Shown: one piece after another, positions 29,060 to 43,109 of the stretch
Numbering within the stretch: position 1 is the first letter of the stretch
Layout: each line of letters starts with the position of its first letter
Assembly: GCF_009914755.1 (NCBI RefSeq)
Contig: NC_060926.1
Source of the DNA: the human T2T-CHM13v2.0 reference genome, Homo sapiens
Length of the DNA: 64,000 nt
Strand: one strand, 5' to 3'
Notes under the pieces: model-generated
Database searches by the model: none
The model's input: the letters and a program-made list of their open reading frames with translations, nothing else
Told to the model about the DNA's origin: nothing
Program-made: the position numbers and the translations under genes

Positions 29060-32000
29060 TGGCAATGTGTGCCAGTTTGAGAGCCCAGCCCCCAAAGGAC
29101 TATGACCTGCCCTAGAGCTGATACCACTGCTGCCACTGCTGCCACTGCCAAACCAAAGGAGAGGGGAGGCCAGGCACTTCTATGTGCTCCGAGGACAAAT
29201 ACCACTGCCACTGATGTGAGCTGGCGTGGGACTGAAGCATGAGCAAACCATTCCTTCTACAGCTGCCTGATTACGCTGCTTCCAGTGAGAATGGTCCAGT
29301 CCTCCCTGGTGGCAGGTCCATAGTGCAGCTGTTCCACTGCTGGCCTTGGGATCCTGTGGCTGAATGTCTATATTTGTTGCTAGACTTGGAAACTTTTCAT
29401 CTATTGTTTCATTAAATGGGGTTTTCTAACCCTTTTAGTCTCTCTTCTCCCTTGGGAACACCAATAACAGGATTATTCAGTCTCTTTATGGTGTGTCAAA
29501 TGTCATAAAGGCTTTGCTTATTCTTTTTTATTCCTTATTCTTTATTTGTTCCTGAGTTATTTCAAATAATCTGTATTCAAGTTACAAAACTCTTTTCTTT
29601 TTTTTTTGCTAGATCTTGTGTGTTTTCAAAGCTTTTAAATGTATTTTGTATTTTATTCAATGAATTCTTCAGTTCCAGAATTTGTTTCCTTTAAATAATA
29701 TCTATATCTCTGATAAATTTCTCATTAATATTTTTAATTATTTTTCTGATTTCTCTGTATTATTTTTCAGAATTCTCTTGTATCTCCCTGAGCTTTTTTA
29801 AAACCAGTATTTTGAATTCATTATCCTGGATTTCATGAATTTCTTTTCGACTGGGAACTGTTGCTGGAGAATTATTGTGTTCCTTTAGGGGTGTCATGTT
29901 TTCTTGCTTTTTTATGTTCCCTATGCCCTTAATTTGATATCTGTACAGTCTGTGCGGCAGTCACTTCTTCAAATTTTTTGAATTTGCTTGTGTGTGGGAA
30001 AACCCTTTCCTGATGATGTATATGTGTTGTTGGTTGGGTCAGGTATTTTGGCTTTGATTTGGGGTGCATGCAGTAGTGTAGCCTGTGTATGATATTTCTT
30101 CTGCTGTAAATGATGTCAGTGGTATCTGTGACTTCCTTTGTGGCTTGGAGTAATTATGTAATGATAAAGGGATCAATCCAGCAAAAGAATATAACAATTC
30201 TAAATTATATGTACTCAACACTGGAGCATCCAGATTGATAAAACAAGTAACACTACATCTAAAGAGAGAGATTTCTGCCACGTGCAGTGACTCACACCTG
30301 TAATCGCAGCACTTTAGGAGGCTGAGGTGGGCGGATCACTTGAGGTCAGGAGTCAGAGACCAGCCTGGTGAAAACCTGTCGCTACTAAAAATACAAAAAT
30401 TAGCTGGGCATTGTAGTGGCCACCTGTAGTACCAGTTACTCGGGAGGCTGAGCCAGAAGAATTGCTTGAACCCAGGAGGCAGAGGTTGCAGTGAGCAGAG
30501 GTTGGGCCACTATACTGCCACCTGGGTAACAGAGCAAAACTCTGTCTATAAATAAATAAGTAGGTAAATAGAGAGATTGCATTAGAATAATAGTGGCAGG
30601 CTTCAATCCCTAACTCTCAGCATTAGATAGATCATCTAGACAAAAAAATCAACAAAGATAAATTAGATTTACACTAGATGCTAGACCAAATGTACCTAAT
30701 AGACATTAACAGAACATTCTACCTAACAACTGAAGAATATACATTCTTTTCAATAGCACATGGAATATTTTCCAAGATAGAACATATGCTAGGCCAAAAA
30801 AATAAATCTCAGTAAAGTGTAAGAAATTGAAATCATATCAAGTATCTTCTCAGACTACAATGAAACAAAACTAGAAATCAGCACCAAGAGGAATCTTTAA
30901 ACTATCCAAATATGTGGAAATTAGACAACATTCTCCTGAACAATTATTGCATCAATAAAGAGATTAAGATGAAACTCAAAAAATTTCTAAAATGAAAATG
31001 GAAATAAAACATAGTCAAACCTGTAAGATACAGCAAAAGCAATGACAAGAGAAAAGTTTGTAGTAATAAATGCTTACATCAAAAAATTAGAAAGATTTCA
31101 AATAACCAATCTAATGATGCACCTTAAGGAACTAAAAAGGTAAGAACAAATCAAACTCCAAATTAGCAGAAAGAAAGAAATAATAAAGACCTGATGGAAC
31201 TAAATTAGATAGAGACTATAAATATATAGAAAGTCAACAAATCTAAAAGTTGGTTCTTTTAAAGTTTAGTTAATGATTGATGAATCACTAACTAAAATAG
31301 TGAAGAAAAGATGAGAGATGACTCAAATAATTAGAAAATAAAAAAGAGACATCATTAAAAATGATACCACAGATATTAAACTCTGATGATACAAGATCAT
31401 CGGAGACTATTATGCACAACCATATTCTGACAAAAATGAAAAACCTATAGGAAATGGATAAATTTCTGGAAACATATAAGATTGACTCAGGAAGAAATAG
31501 AAAACCTAAACAGACCAATTATGACTAGTGAGATTGAATCAGTAAATAAAGTCTCTCAATAAAGAAAAGCCCAGGACTGGATGGATTCACAGTTAAATTC
31601 CACAATTAAACAAAAACTAATACCAGTCCTCCATAAACTATTCCAAAAAATTATAGGGGAGGGAAATCTCTTTAAATTATTATATTAGGTCAGCATTATG
31701 CTGATATCAAAGCTACATAAGGATACAACAAATAAAGAAAACTACAGGCCAATATCCCTAACCTAGACACAGAAATCTTCAACAAAATACTAGCAAACAA
31801 AATCCAGTACCATATTGAAAAAATAATATACCATGACCAAGTGGGATTTGTGCCAGAGATGCAAAGATGGTTCAACATATGCAAATCAACAAATGTGGTA
31901 TATCATGTCAAAAGAAAGAAGGACAAAAACCATACCATCATCTCAATAGATACAGAAAAATCATTTGATAAAATTCAACATTGATTCCTGATTTAAAAAA

Positions 32001-34325
32001 CTCTCAACAAACTAGGAATAGAAGAAACATAACTCAACATAATTAATGCAATATTTGACAATCCCACAGCTAACATCATATTGAATGATGAAAAGCTGAA
32101 AGCCTACCTTCTAAGGTCTGGAACAGGACAAGGATGCCTGCTTTCACCATTCCTGTTCAACACAGTATTGAAAGTTCTACCCAGAGAAATTAGGCAAGAG
32201 AAAAAAATAAAAGGCATCCAAATGGAAAAAAAGGAAGTCAATTTGTCCCTCTTTGCTGATGATATCATATTATATCTAGAAAACATTGAAGACCTCACCA
32301 AAACCTCCTAGATTTGATAAATAACTTCAATAATGTTGCAGGATACAAAATCAATGTACAAAAATCAGTAGCATTTCTATTCAGGATAATGAACTGAGAA
32401 AGAAATTGAGAAGGCGATCCCATTCTAGTAACTACAGAAACAAACAAACAAAACGAAAAAACTCTAGGAATAAATTTAACCAAGGAGATGAAAGATGTCT
32501 ATAAGGAAAACTGATGAAAGACATCGAAGAGGACACAAATAAATGAAACCATGTCCTGTACTCTTGGATCAGAAGAATTAATATCATTTAAATGACCACA
32601 CTACCCAAAGCAATAAAAATGCGATCTCTATTAAAATACCCACATTATTTTTTAGAAGATTAGCAGAAAAACCCCAAAACCTAAAGTTCATTTAGAAGCA
32701 AAAAAAAAAAAAGCCCAAATAGCCAAAGCAATCCTGAACATAAAGAACAAAGCTAGAGGCATCTCACTTCAAAATATATTACAAGGCTATAGTAACCCAA
32801 ACAACATGGTATTGGTATAAAGACAGACACATAGATTAATGGAACATAGAGTCCAGAAGTAAATCAGTGTTTTTACCCCACTGACTTTTGAGAAAGGTGC
32901 CAAGAACAAACACTGGGCAAAGGTCACCGTCTTCAATAAGTAGTGCTGGGAAAATGGAATATCCATATGCAGAAGATGAAACAGGACTCATATATCTCCC
33001 AGTATGCAGAAATCAACTAAAAATGGATTAGAGACTTAAATGTAACACCAAACACTATAAAACTAGTAGGAGAAAAAAAACTAGAGATAGAGTTAACACT
33101 TCAAGACATTAGTGTAAGCAAAGATATCATGGCTAAGAGCTAAAAAGCACAGACAAACCTAACAAAAGTAGACAGATGGGACTACATTAATCTAAACAAC
33201 TTCTGGCCAGCAAAGAAAACAATCAACAGGGTGAAGAAACAACTTGTTGCATGGGGGAAAATATTTGCAAACTATTCATCCAAAAAGGGACTAATATCCA
33301 GAATATATAAGAAACACAAACAATGTGAAAAACCAAATAATTCCATTAAAAAGTGAGCAGAGGGCATGGATAGACATTTCTCAAAAGACATCCAAATATG
33401 CAAAAGGCACATGAAAAAATGCTCAACATCACTAGTCATCAAGGGAATGGAATTCAAAACCACAACAAGATACCATCTTACTCAAGTTAGAAGGTATGTT
33501 ATTAAAAAGGCAAAAAATGACAGATGCTGTTATGGATGTAGGGAAAAGGGAACTCTTAAACATTGTTGGTGGGAATGTAAATTAGTACAACCACTACAAA
33601 AAAATCTGTGTGGATTTCTCAAAGAACTAAAAATGAACTATCGTATGACCCAGAAATTTCACTACTAGGTATTTATCAAAAGGAAAAGAAATTGTTATAT
33701 CAAAGAGATACCTTCATTTGTGTGTTTTTTTGCAGCATATTCACAATAGCAAAGAAAGAGAATCAACTTAAGTATCGGTTGGCAGACCATCGAATCAAGA
33801 AAATGTGATGTATATATACACACTGGAATATTATTTAGCCATAATAAAGAATGAAATAATATTATTTGCAGCAACATGTATGGAACTGGATTTTATTATT
33901 TTAAGTATAATAAAAGCAATAATAACCCAGGAACAGAAATACAGATACTACATGTTCTCACTCATATGTGGGAGCTTAAAAAGTTGATCTCATGGAGATA
34001 GAGAATAGATTGATAAACTCCCAGAGGCTGAGAAGTGTGTGCTGGTGAGAGGGGAGGACAAAGAGGCGTTGGCTAGTGGGTACAAACACAGAGATAGGTA
34101 GTAGAAATAGCCCCAGTTTTCAATAGCTCAGTAGGGTCATTATTTTAGCAACAATGTATTGTATATTTCAAAGTAGATAGAAGAGAGGACTCGATATGCT
34201 CTCAACACATAGAAATGATGAATTCTCAAGTTGATGGATAGTACAAATACCTTGGCACACATTGTATGCATGTAACAAATACATGTACCCCATAAATACG
34301 TAAAATATTTTGTATTGTAAAAAAA
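29060..34325 (+). mobile_element. L1MA-like LINE-1 with an inverted ORF1-region segment (~29345-30150, minus)
   Basis: Degenerate sense ORF2 from ~30152 (...IMIKGSIQQ-like), FADD frame at 32081-32311, L1MA-type 3'UTR 33960-34320; antisense ORF1-like sequence upstream; GC-rich 5'UTR-like block 29060-29345. Confidence 0.85.
30277..30565 (+). mobile_element. AluS-like SINE inserted in the L1MA ORF2
   Basis: cagtgactcacacctgtaatc...ggcggatcacttgaggtcaggag; ~9-bp internal deletion; agagagatt flanks both sides (TSD). Confidence 0.92.
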
Positions 34326-37300
34326 TGGTAGAAACAAACTCATTGGGTTTATCTTGCCACCCTATAGTATTCTAAGACTGCACTATCCTCTGTAAAAGCA
34401 AAACAAGAACACCACCATCTGTAATTTTATTTTGATAGCAAAATAGAGATTCATGCAAATTTAGTCAATTTATTTTTCCTGCACTCATTTTTTTAAAGGT
34501 ACTCGATAAATTTTCACTCTTTTGCAATATATCCACAAACTGATGCTATTTTGGCATATGTAAACAAATTAGCCACCTACTTATGCAACAAAACAAAGCT
34601 TTTGTTAAATTTTTGCAAAGTGGTTTGGACTAAAAATATTCTAAATATCTTTCAAATGTGTTCCAATCTAATAACCATGTGGTATAATAAATTTCTGGCC
34701 ATAACATATTAAAGGACAGCTCTTCATATCTGTTCTTATAATACTTATTCAATTTCCCCTTACTTTAAATCTTTTTTTCATAGTACCTTAGAAGTTTGCA
34801 AAATTCAGAAGTAGCTGCATTTAGTCTGAGTGAATAGAACTCTGGAGATTTATGATGGGACCACATGACTATATAAAAGTGAAGTCATGTAATGATGATT
34901 TTCCTTGATTGTAAGAAGATGTTTTTTAGAAAATCAGTTACATATTTTCCCTCCCCATTTCAATGTAGATTATCACTACTTTAGTTGGAGCTTACATCAG
35001 GATTTGTATAGAAAAATAAAAAAGAAAATTTTGTTTGGGAGTCCTTTTGGGGATTATTTACTGAAAGAATAACCTCAGTGGGGATAATTTTGACCCTAAC
35101 TTTCCCGAAGAATTAGCAATTTTAAAATATAGGTAACCTTTAAATCCATACATATTAATTTCATGAATATTTATGTTCTGTAAATATTTATGATTCAAGG
35201 TAGATCTTTCCAGAGGAAACTGAATTTGGATGGTTTTATATAAAGATCATAATGACTGTAATATATATATAGAGAGAGGAATAAGGCAGAAGAGAATTAA
35301 GTCTCAGCCTCATAAAGTGACTTGTTTACAGCAATATTTAAATAGGGGAGGCACACATTCCAAAAGCAGAAAGTGCACATTCAGTTTTATGATTTTATGA
35401 AACTGCTTGACTGACAGAGTTAATTTTGAATATTTCTGGCTTGATTTTCTCTTTGCAAATCTATTTACAGAGAAATAAGAAGCTGTGATGTGACCAATTT
35501 GTTACTTTCCAAAATATCTTAGTACATTTTTGATATGGTGATGATTGCCTGATTGACTCCCAAATCTGTGGTAATATGCAACTTAATTTCTCTAGCACCC
35601 AGGTCATATTAAACATTCAAAAAATGACACACTGTTTCTGAGTTTTTAAATAAAAAAGAAAGAACTCAGTCATAGGAATTTCTAAAGCAGAAGTCTTCAC
35701 CTGTTAGGATACAAGTGTAGATGCCAAACCACTAAATCGTGAGTCACATGACCATGGTCCTTTTTAATCCTGTTGTCTTTAGTTCTCTGAACATTAATTT
35801 ATTATTTCATAAAATAGAGAAACATACCTGTATAGCATGCCTCTTTTGATGATTAAGTGAAAAAGAATTATGTCAAAGAGCATTAAAAATTACCCTTATT
35901 ACACAAGTGTTAGTCATTTTAGTCATTTTTATAATAAATATTTAATTATGAGCTTAATCTTTGTTCCATCAGAAAGTCATTTCTATTTTCCTTTTCATAA
36001 GCAGCTTTTCTCTTGTTTGACTCCTGAGTGAGTTTTCCAGAGCTGGTTTATTTATTTATTTTTAGATTAATAGTTAGCTTTTCATAGTGGGGCACTGCTG
36101 ACAATCCCTTCTTTTGGACAAAACTCTAGCCTCACTCACCTACATGAGTAACTTCTAGGGGGGTCGAAAGCTATGTTAGGTACAACCAACTGCTTTAAAG
36201 CACACATTCCTTACAGATTTGGAACAAAATCTCAAAGTCAGAAGAGGACAAATTAAATATTTGAGGTTGCTATCTTTCAGTCAGTTGCCATCATTTATTA
36301 CAATATTTTAAGGTTGCTTATTTGATGTGGTAGAAGATTGTGCCATACATTAAGATACCTTAACAATTTTTGTAATGGATTGCTATAAATAACTTACTAA
36401 AGGGTTACCATACAAAGAAACTTTGTATGGAATTTTCTTTGATCTGAAGATCAGTTGATGTCTATAATGAGACCTGATATACCAAAAAAAAAACAAAACT
36501 CTTTAGAACCGTTAATTAACTGTGCACAGAAGCTAGCCCTAGATTACATAAAGAATAGAATTAAATCGAAGGTAACAGCTGAATCTGATAAATTTAGAAG
36601 CAGTTGGGAAACATTACATTTTTATTAAAGTGTGATATAGGCATCTTGAGGTCTCCAAAGCTGATAACAATATTTGAAAAATGCTTTTGTTTCACTGTAT
36701 TAAGTCTTACAAAACAAACTGTTTATTGTTTTTCTCAATTTATTAATTGATTCTAAAATAAAACCTTTCTAAACAAGCAAAACAACAACTTACATGGTAT
36801 TAACTTTTGTGTCAGGATTGAATAAAGCAGTATTTGAAATTTAACACATTTTATTACATGTTTTCAAAAATTTTTATTAGTGTGTACCATACAATTGTGG
36901 AATGTTGATGATAAAATTTCTCAATATGAGTATTTTCAATGTGGTCTGTCTATGATTTACTCATCAGAAATGCACCACCAAATAATATTGACTTATTGAG
37001 TGACAAAAACAAATTTTGAAACTTTGAACCCCTTTGTATCTAAATGAGATGGCATCTGTTGAGATGGATGGGAGAATTCTCTGTATGGTATTGCTTGGTT
37101 GCCTAGCAACAGTCACCTGATGTGTTTGGGGAACCAGGCAATGAGCAAAAATTCTAATCAAAGAGAAGCCACAATATCTTTTACAAATGATAAGTGCATG
37201 TACAGTAACAACTGTTTTAGCTTTTGTTTGGGTGTATAAAGTATTTGAAACAGGTCAAGAGGGACTTTGGATAAGCTTCACTATTAAGAAAGAGGAATCC

Positions 37301-38174
37301 GGCAAGAGTTGTATTAAATTGCTCTTATGTTGTTTTTGAAAGATAGAGATCATATTCTAGGGAGATGTCTAAGAATCAAGATGTCCAGTGCCTATAAAAT
37401 GAACTGTAATGACCTTGGGTAAATGGCATTTTGAAGAGATGTTCTTGGGCATTATTCTTAGCAGGAAATTTCAACTTACATGAATGATTACCCTTAATTA
37501 AGTAAGATAAGGAAATAAACAGTTTTCTACTCAGAGAAGGGTAAAAAACATAATTGTCATAAGGAGGGCATTGACAGTTTGGTCTAAACATGCCATAGAT
37601 TTCTTAAAGAAAAGGTTAGAATGAATAAATACTTATTGCTTCAGATTAATTCCCATTATATAGTGTCCTCTTCTAGAAAGTTTGTGACTTCTTGATGTAA
37701 TAGTTTTGTAACAGAAATACTGAAGCCATCTAACATGATGTTGCCAAATATACTATTACTGCATCAGTTATAATGAAGCTAAAATTCTTAGACTAGTTTC
37801 TATAACAGTAAGCATGAGCTATAATTTAAACTTTTATTTAACAACAAATTGTTGATGAATAGCTGAATCTAATAATCTAGTGGAATAGTAATTCCCACTA
37901 CTCCTAATTTTTAAAAATCCTCCTTAGAATAAGATAGGGCAAAAATAAATATACAATATAATAATTGGCTTATATAATAAGTTTCTGTAAAAACATCTTC
38001 AAAATGTATATAAAAGTAGTATTTTGTAAAACCTCTAATCCAAAATGCTATCTTTCTAAACATATTATAAAAAATGTTTCAGAACTAAGGTACTTCTCTC
38101 TCATTAATATTAAACTTAATTATTTACATTTCATTTAGGTTTAATGTTTTCAAACAATGAATATTAGGGTTGTT

Positions 38175-40790
38175 AAAACTGAGATAACAATCATATAACA
38201 TAAAGTTCAAAATTTTAAAAATTTAAAGCATACAACTCAGTGTTTTTAGTATATTAACAAGTTTGTATAATTATCGCCACTAATTTTAGTATATTTTCAT
38301 TATCCCAAAAAGAAGCCATATATTTATTAGCAGTCACTCCCATTCTTCCTTCCTGCTAAGCTCATGGCAAGCACTAATCTACTTTCTGTTTCAATGGATT
38401 TGTTTATTCTGAATATTTTAAATAAATAATATGTGTAATATTATATGTTTGGCTTCTTTCACTTAGCATAATATCCTCAAGTTTCACTCGGGTTGTAGCG
38501 TGTACCAGATCTTCAATCCTTTCTACAGCTGATAGTGTTTCACTGTATGGATAAACCGCATCTTGTTTATTCATTCATTGGCTGATAGACATTTGGGTTG
38601 TTTTCATGTTTTGGTTATTATGAATAATGCTGCTATATTTACTCACATACAGGTTTTTCTTAGATGTGTATTTTCATTTCTCTCAGTTACTTACCTAGAA
38701 TTGCTGGATAATACGTTAACCTTAGCTGGGATTACAGGTGCCTGCCACCACGCCCGGCTAATTTTTTGCATTTAGTAGAGACGGGGTTTCACAATGTTGA
38801 CTCGGCTGGTCTCGAACTCCTGACCTCATGAACCACCTTCCTTGGCCTCCCAAAGTGCTGGGCTACAGGCTTGAGTATTTAGCTTTTTAAAGAACTGCCA
38901 TTTTTTTTTTCCACAGCAGCTGCACCATTTTGCATTTCTACCAGCAATGCATGAGGGTTCCATTTTATCTGCGTCACTCTCAACACTTTGTGAATGGCCA
39001 TCCATATTCTTCAGAGAAATGTTTATTCAAGACTGCTTCTCAGTTTTAAATCAGGTGGTCTTTTTTTGTTGATTTATAAGAGTAGCTTGTAGTAAGTGTT
39101 GAAATTAGAAAATGTGACTCCTCCAAGTTTGTTCTTTTTCAAGATTATTTTGGCTACTCTGTGTCCCTTGCAAATCCATATGAATTTTAGGACTAGCTTA
39201 TCCAAATTTGCAAAAGAAAAAGGAAGTTGGAAAATTAATAGAGGTTACATTGAACCTGTGGATCAATTTGGGGATTATTGACATCTTAACAATGTTAAGT
39301 CTTTCAATTTATAGACATGGAATATCTTTCCATTTATTTAGCACTTCTTTAAATTTTTTCAACAATATTTTCAAGTTTTCAGTGTACACATCTGGTACTT
39401 CCTTGGTTAAATTCATTTAAGCATTTTATTCCTTTTGATGTTTTAGTAAATAAAATTATTTTCTTGATTGCATTTTAGGATTGTTCAGTACTAAATTTGT
39501 AGAAATTCAACTGATTTTTGTGTTAATCTTATGTTCTGGAATCTTGCTGAACTTATTACCCACCTCTAATAATTATTTTGTGAATATTTCAGTTTTTTAT
39601 TATATAAAATTATGTTATCTGTGAATGTAGTTATACTTCTTCCTTTTCAATCTAGATGTGTTTTCTTTTTCTTGCCTAATTACCTTGACTAGAACTTACA
39701 GTACGATGTTGAATTGAATTGTGGAAAGTGGCATCCTTGTTTTATTCCTGAACTTAGGGAGATAACTTTCAGTCTTTCCACAATTAAGTATGATGCTAGC
39801 TATACGTTTTTCATAGAGGCCCTTTATCAAACTAGGGAAGTTCTCTTTTCCTAGTTTGTTGAGTGTTTTTATCATAAAAATGTTACAATATTGACACTTT
39901 TTCTGCATATAATGAAACGACTTTGTCATGTTTGGCCACTTAATTTTCTGTGCTATTATGCTATGACCAGCTGGTGATTGGACAAATATTTTCTTAGGTG
40001 GCTGGAGCTAAAACAAAATCTCTCATGGGCTCTCTGTGTGTGTTTTGGGAATGCCTTCAACACTAAGCAAAGGAGTTTACAACTGTCTTATCTTTCATTA
40101 TTCCTTGTGTAGAGCCTTAAGATTAGCCAGAAGTGAGAATTTAGGGCCTTCTCATGTCCTTCCTGAGTATGCAGACAGTCGTGGTCATGAATATGGCTTT
40201 CTAGGTTTTCAATAAGATGTTGGAGCTCTTCAAAACCCTTGTTCCTCAAAGTACCTCCTTCAGCCTTTCTTCCCAAGTTTTTAAATTAATTTATTGTTTG
40301 TCCCAACTGTTATTGATTGCCAGGAGGCAGCCACGAATAATACATTTGTTATGTAATTTGACAAAAATCCTTCCTCAGATATTCACCTAAGCAATGCAAA
40401 AATTCTAAGTTAGGTAAGATAATGGCAAGCCCTTTTATTCGAGGATCCACCAGACAGGTCAACTGAACAATCATGTTCTTTGTGAATGAGATCTGTTCCC
40501 TTCCCTCTGACACTGCTATTTGTACAATACTTGGAAAGTGAGCTTTTGTCATTAAGTTTATATTTGAGTCAGATGTTGAATAATGGGAACAGAGTAGTTT
40601 AAAACACCACAAAGCTCTTTCTTTACCAAGAGTCCATCAGCTTTTTCTTAAGAATTCCCTTAGTTGCACAAGCTTCTGGTTAATTTCCAGAATTTCAAAA
40701 ATGTTGACTATAACATATATCACCAGTGTTTATTGGTTTTATGGAGGGATAAACTTTTGGCATTCCTTACTTTGCTGTTTCTGTTAACAT
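38175..40790 (-). mobile_element. L1MB-like fragments (3'UTR, ORF2 pieces, probable 5' region)
   Basis: tgagataac...aaagcatacaactcagtg...tttattagcagtcactccc 3' end; antisense ORF2 at 39100-39920 (FMIKTLNKLG). Confidence 0.75.
38723..38875 (-). mobile_element. Alu fragment (left arm plus linker)
   Basis: tagctgggattacaggtgcctgccaccacgcccggctaatttt...cccaaagtgctggg. Confidence 0.9.
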
Positions 40791-42290
40791 CGCCCCCCTT
40801 TAGGATTTTTAAGAAATAATATTGAATATCTACTAATGAGGAGTCAAACTAAAACACTAATTTCTTGACATAGTGTATTTGTTTCTTATAAAATGAAACA
40901 GAAACATATAATCTACATCATATTCCATGCTTTGGTTTCTTTTTATCTCTTACTAATTGAAAATAGAACTTATATACTTATCATGTAGTTATAAACTTGT
41001 ATGATCTCTGTTTATGCTGTTCTTTTAAAAAGTATATTTTAAATGTTCAGAGATATTGAGAATAAACTGCGGTCAAATGGCTAGTAAATGCCCAAACTGG
41101 AATTACTTCCAAATTATGCTTTCCCCAACACCACACATTTAAAAATTGTGTGTACATGCTTCAGTGACAGATGCTTAGTGAAGGAACCATTTCTCTAATT
41201 AAGCAGTTTATGGAATGAATGCAATGCAATTCTGAAATGTTACCCCAGTCTATCATCTCAGGAGGACCCTCATTAAAATAATTCCTTAATGTAACGGTAT
41301 AAATGGATTCTCCAATATTTTAAGCTTGTCTCTCAGGAAGAAGTTGCCTGAAACCTTTGATGTTTTATAATCAGAGAGCCTTTTTGATCTTTTCTTGGTT
41401 ATACCAATTTTGCATGATATTCCCCAGTCAATAATAATTCTATCATATTAAAATTGCTCTGCTTTATTCTTGATGGTCATCAAAGAATATTTGTTTTAGC
41501 CAAATTAATTGCCTGTGGAATAAGTGCAACCATGGGGTTAGTCTCTCTGAAAGGTTTAAAAGCTGGTTTTTATCTAAATTTCAAGTATCTCTTGGGTTAT
41601 ATTTGTTTAAGCCTTTATTTCCATCTTTGGGGGAAAACAAAAGTCATATTACCATTTAAAATTTACATGTATCAGAGTTTGGAGATACCAAAATACATAA
41701 GAAGTCTAGACAACCAAAGAAAACAGAAATGTGCTTGCTTTAAAAATAAGCTATTGCTATTTGAATTGTACAGGAAATGACATACCTCCATCTATTGTCC
41801 TGAAGAGCAGTCAGTGTTTTGAATCTCTATGAGGGTAAGTAATCAGAAGCATTCTTTTGTGGAAAAGAATGGATGGATGGATGGTGGGGAAAAATAGGTT
41901 TCAAGGCAGACCCTTTTGTCTTGGTTTGCTAGTCTGTTTTTAACTCTTTAAATGATTATTGTGAGTATCTTTGGGGAATAAGTATGAAAGATGTTTTAAA
42001 ACCTACAAACTGAACCATAGACATAAGTACATTTATTACCCATATCAGTAATCTTAATAATTATTGAGAGAGTGTAGCCATGTGTCACATCAGGTAGAGC
42101 TGTTGAGAGGAGATTTCCTAGTGGCCCCTTCTCCTGTAGTTTGTCTGCTATCACAGCCAGTTTTCCAGCCCTGTCATTAGAAAAGGGAGAGTAAGTCCTA
42201 ATTCTTAGAAATGCTCCTACTAATTCAGTTAATATGTTATAGCTTCAATTGAGACAAAGTAGACTAATGTATATTACTATTATAAAAATA

Positions 42291-42640
42291 TGTATTCATT
42301 AGGATTCTGTTTGCAAGTAATAGAGATCGAAATTGAAACACCTTAGGCAAACCAGGAATGTTTGAGTCATACAGCCAAATCTCAAGAAGAGCAGTGTTGG
42401 AGATGGCACAAGAATGGGTGGAGTCTGGGTTTAGATGCCATCAGAATTTCCTCAACATTTCACTCTGATTTTCTCTGCAGGTTGGCTTCTTCACCTGCTA
42501 GGGATATGGCTATCAGCAAGGTAAGAAAACATTCAAAAATCCTCAGGCTGGGAAGAGTTTCAGTTTAGGAACCAAATGTAGGCCCATTTGAATGAACTGT
42601 AAGGAATAAGATGGAAAGAAGTAGGAGTCCAGGATGTAGA
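42291..42640 (-). mobile_element. Old MLT1 (K/L-like) LTR fragment
   Basis: tgtattcattaggattctgtttgcaagtaatagaga start typical of antisense old MaLR LTRs. Confidence 0.45.
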
Positions 42641-43109
42641 GTCAGGCAAAAGCTCAATCTTGAAGGCCATGCTAGACCACACTCACAAAGAGTGTTTTTG
42701 GGATTCTGTTCAAGACCATATTTTCAGAGTATTTTTAGGCTTCTGATCAAGATTGCACATGAGTTTATATTCAGTCCTCGAATTCTAAACAAATAACTAA
42801 TGATTTATGAAATATATCATTAAAAATAGTAGCAACAAACCAAAAATAGTTGGGCTCCAAAGCAAGCTAAATATTTCTGAAGACCAAAAACAGAACAGAG
42901 AGACAAATCAGTGAATGAGGCTGAAGCCATGAGTTTGCTAGTATGAAGCAGGGCACTGTCAGTGGGGGCCAGGAACTGGCTCCTGTAGGGTAATAGGGAC
43001 TACTTGTGTTGAATTCATAGGGAACCACAGCCAGGCTGACTGCTTGGAGCCAAGGGCTGTCTTGAGGCTCCCTTGGCTGCCTTCCTGCCTCAATTCTAGA
43101 ACACAGGAA

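Noticed and set aside
35160-35195. AT-rich imperfect hairpin tcatgaatattta...taaatatttatga
   Set aside because: Short, low complexity and expected by chance at this AT content.
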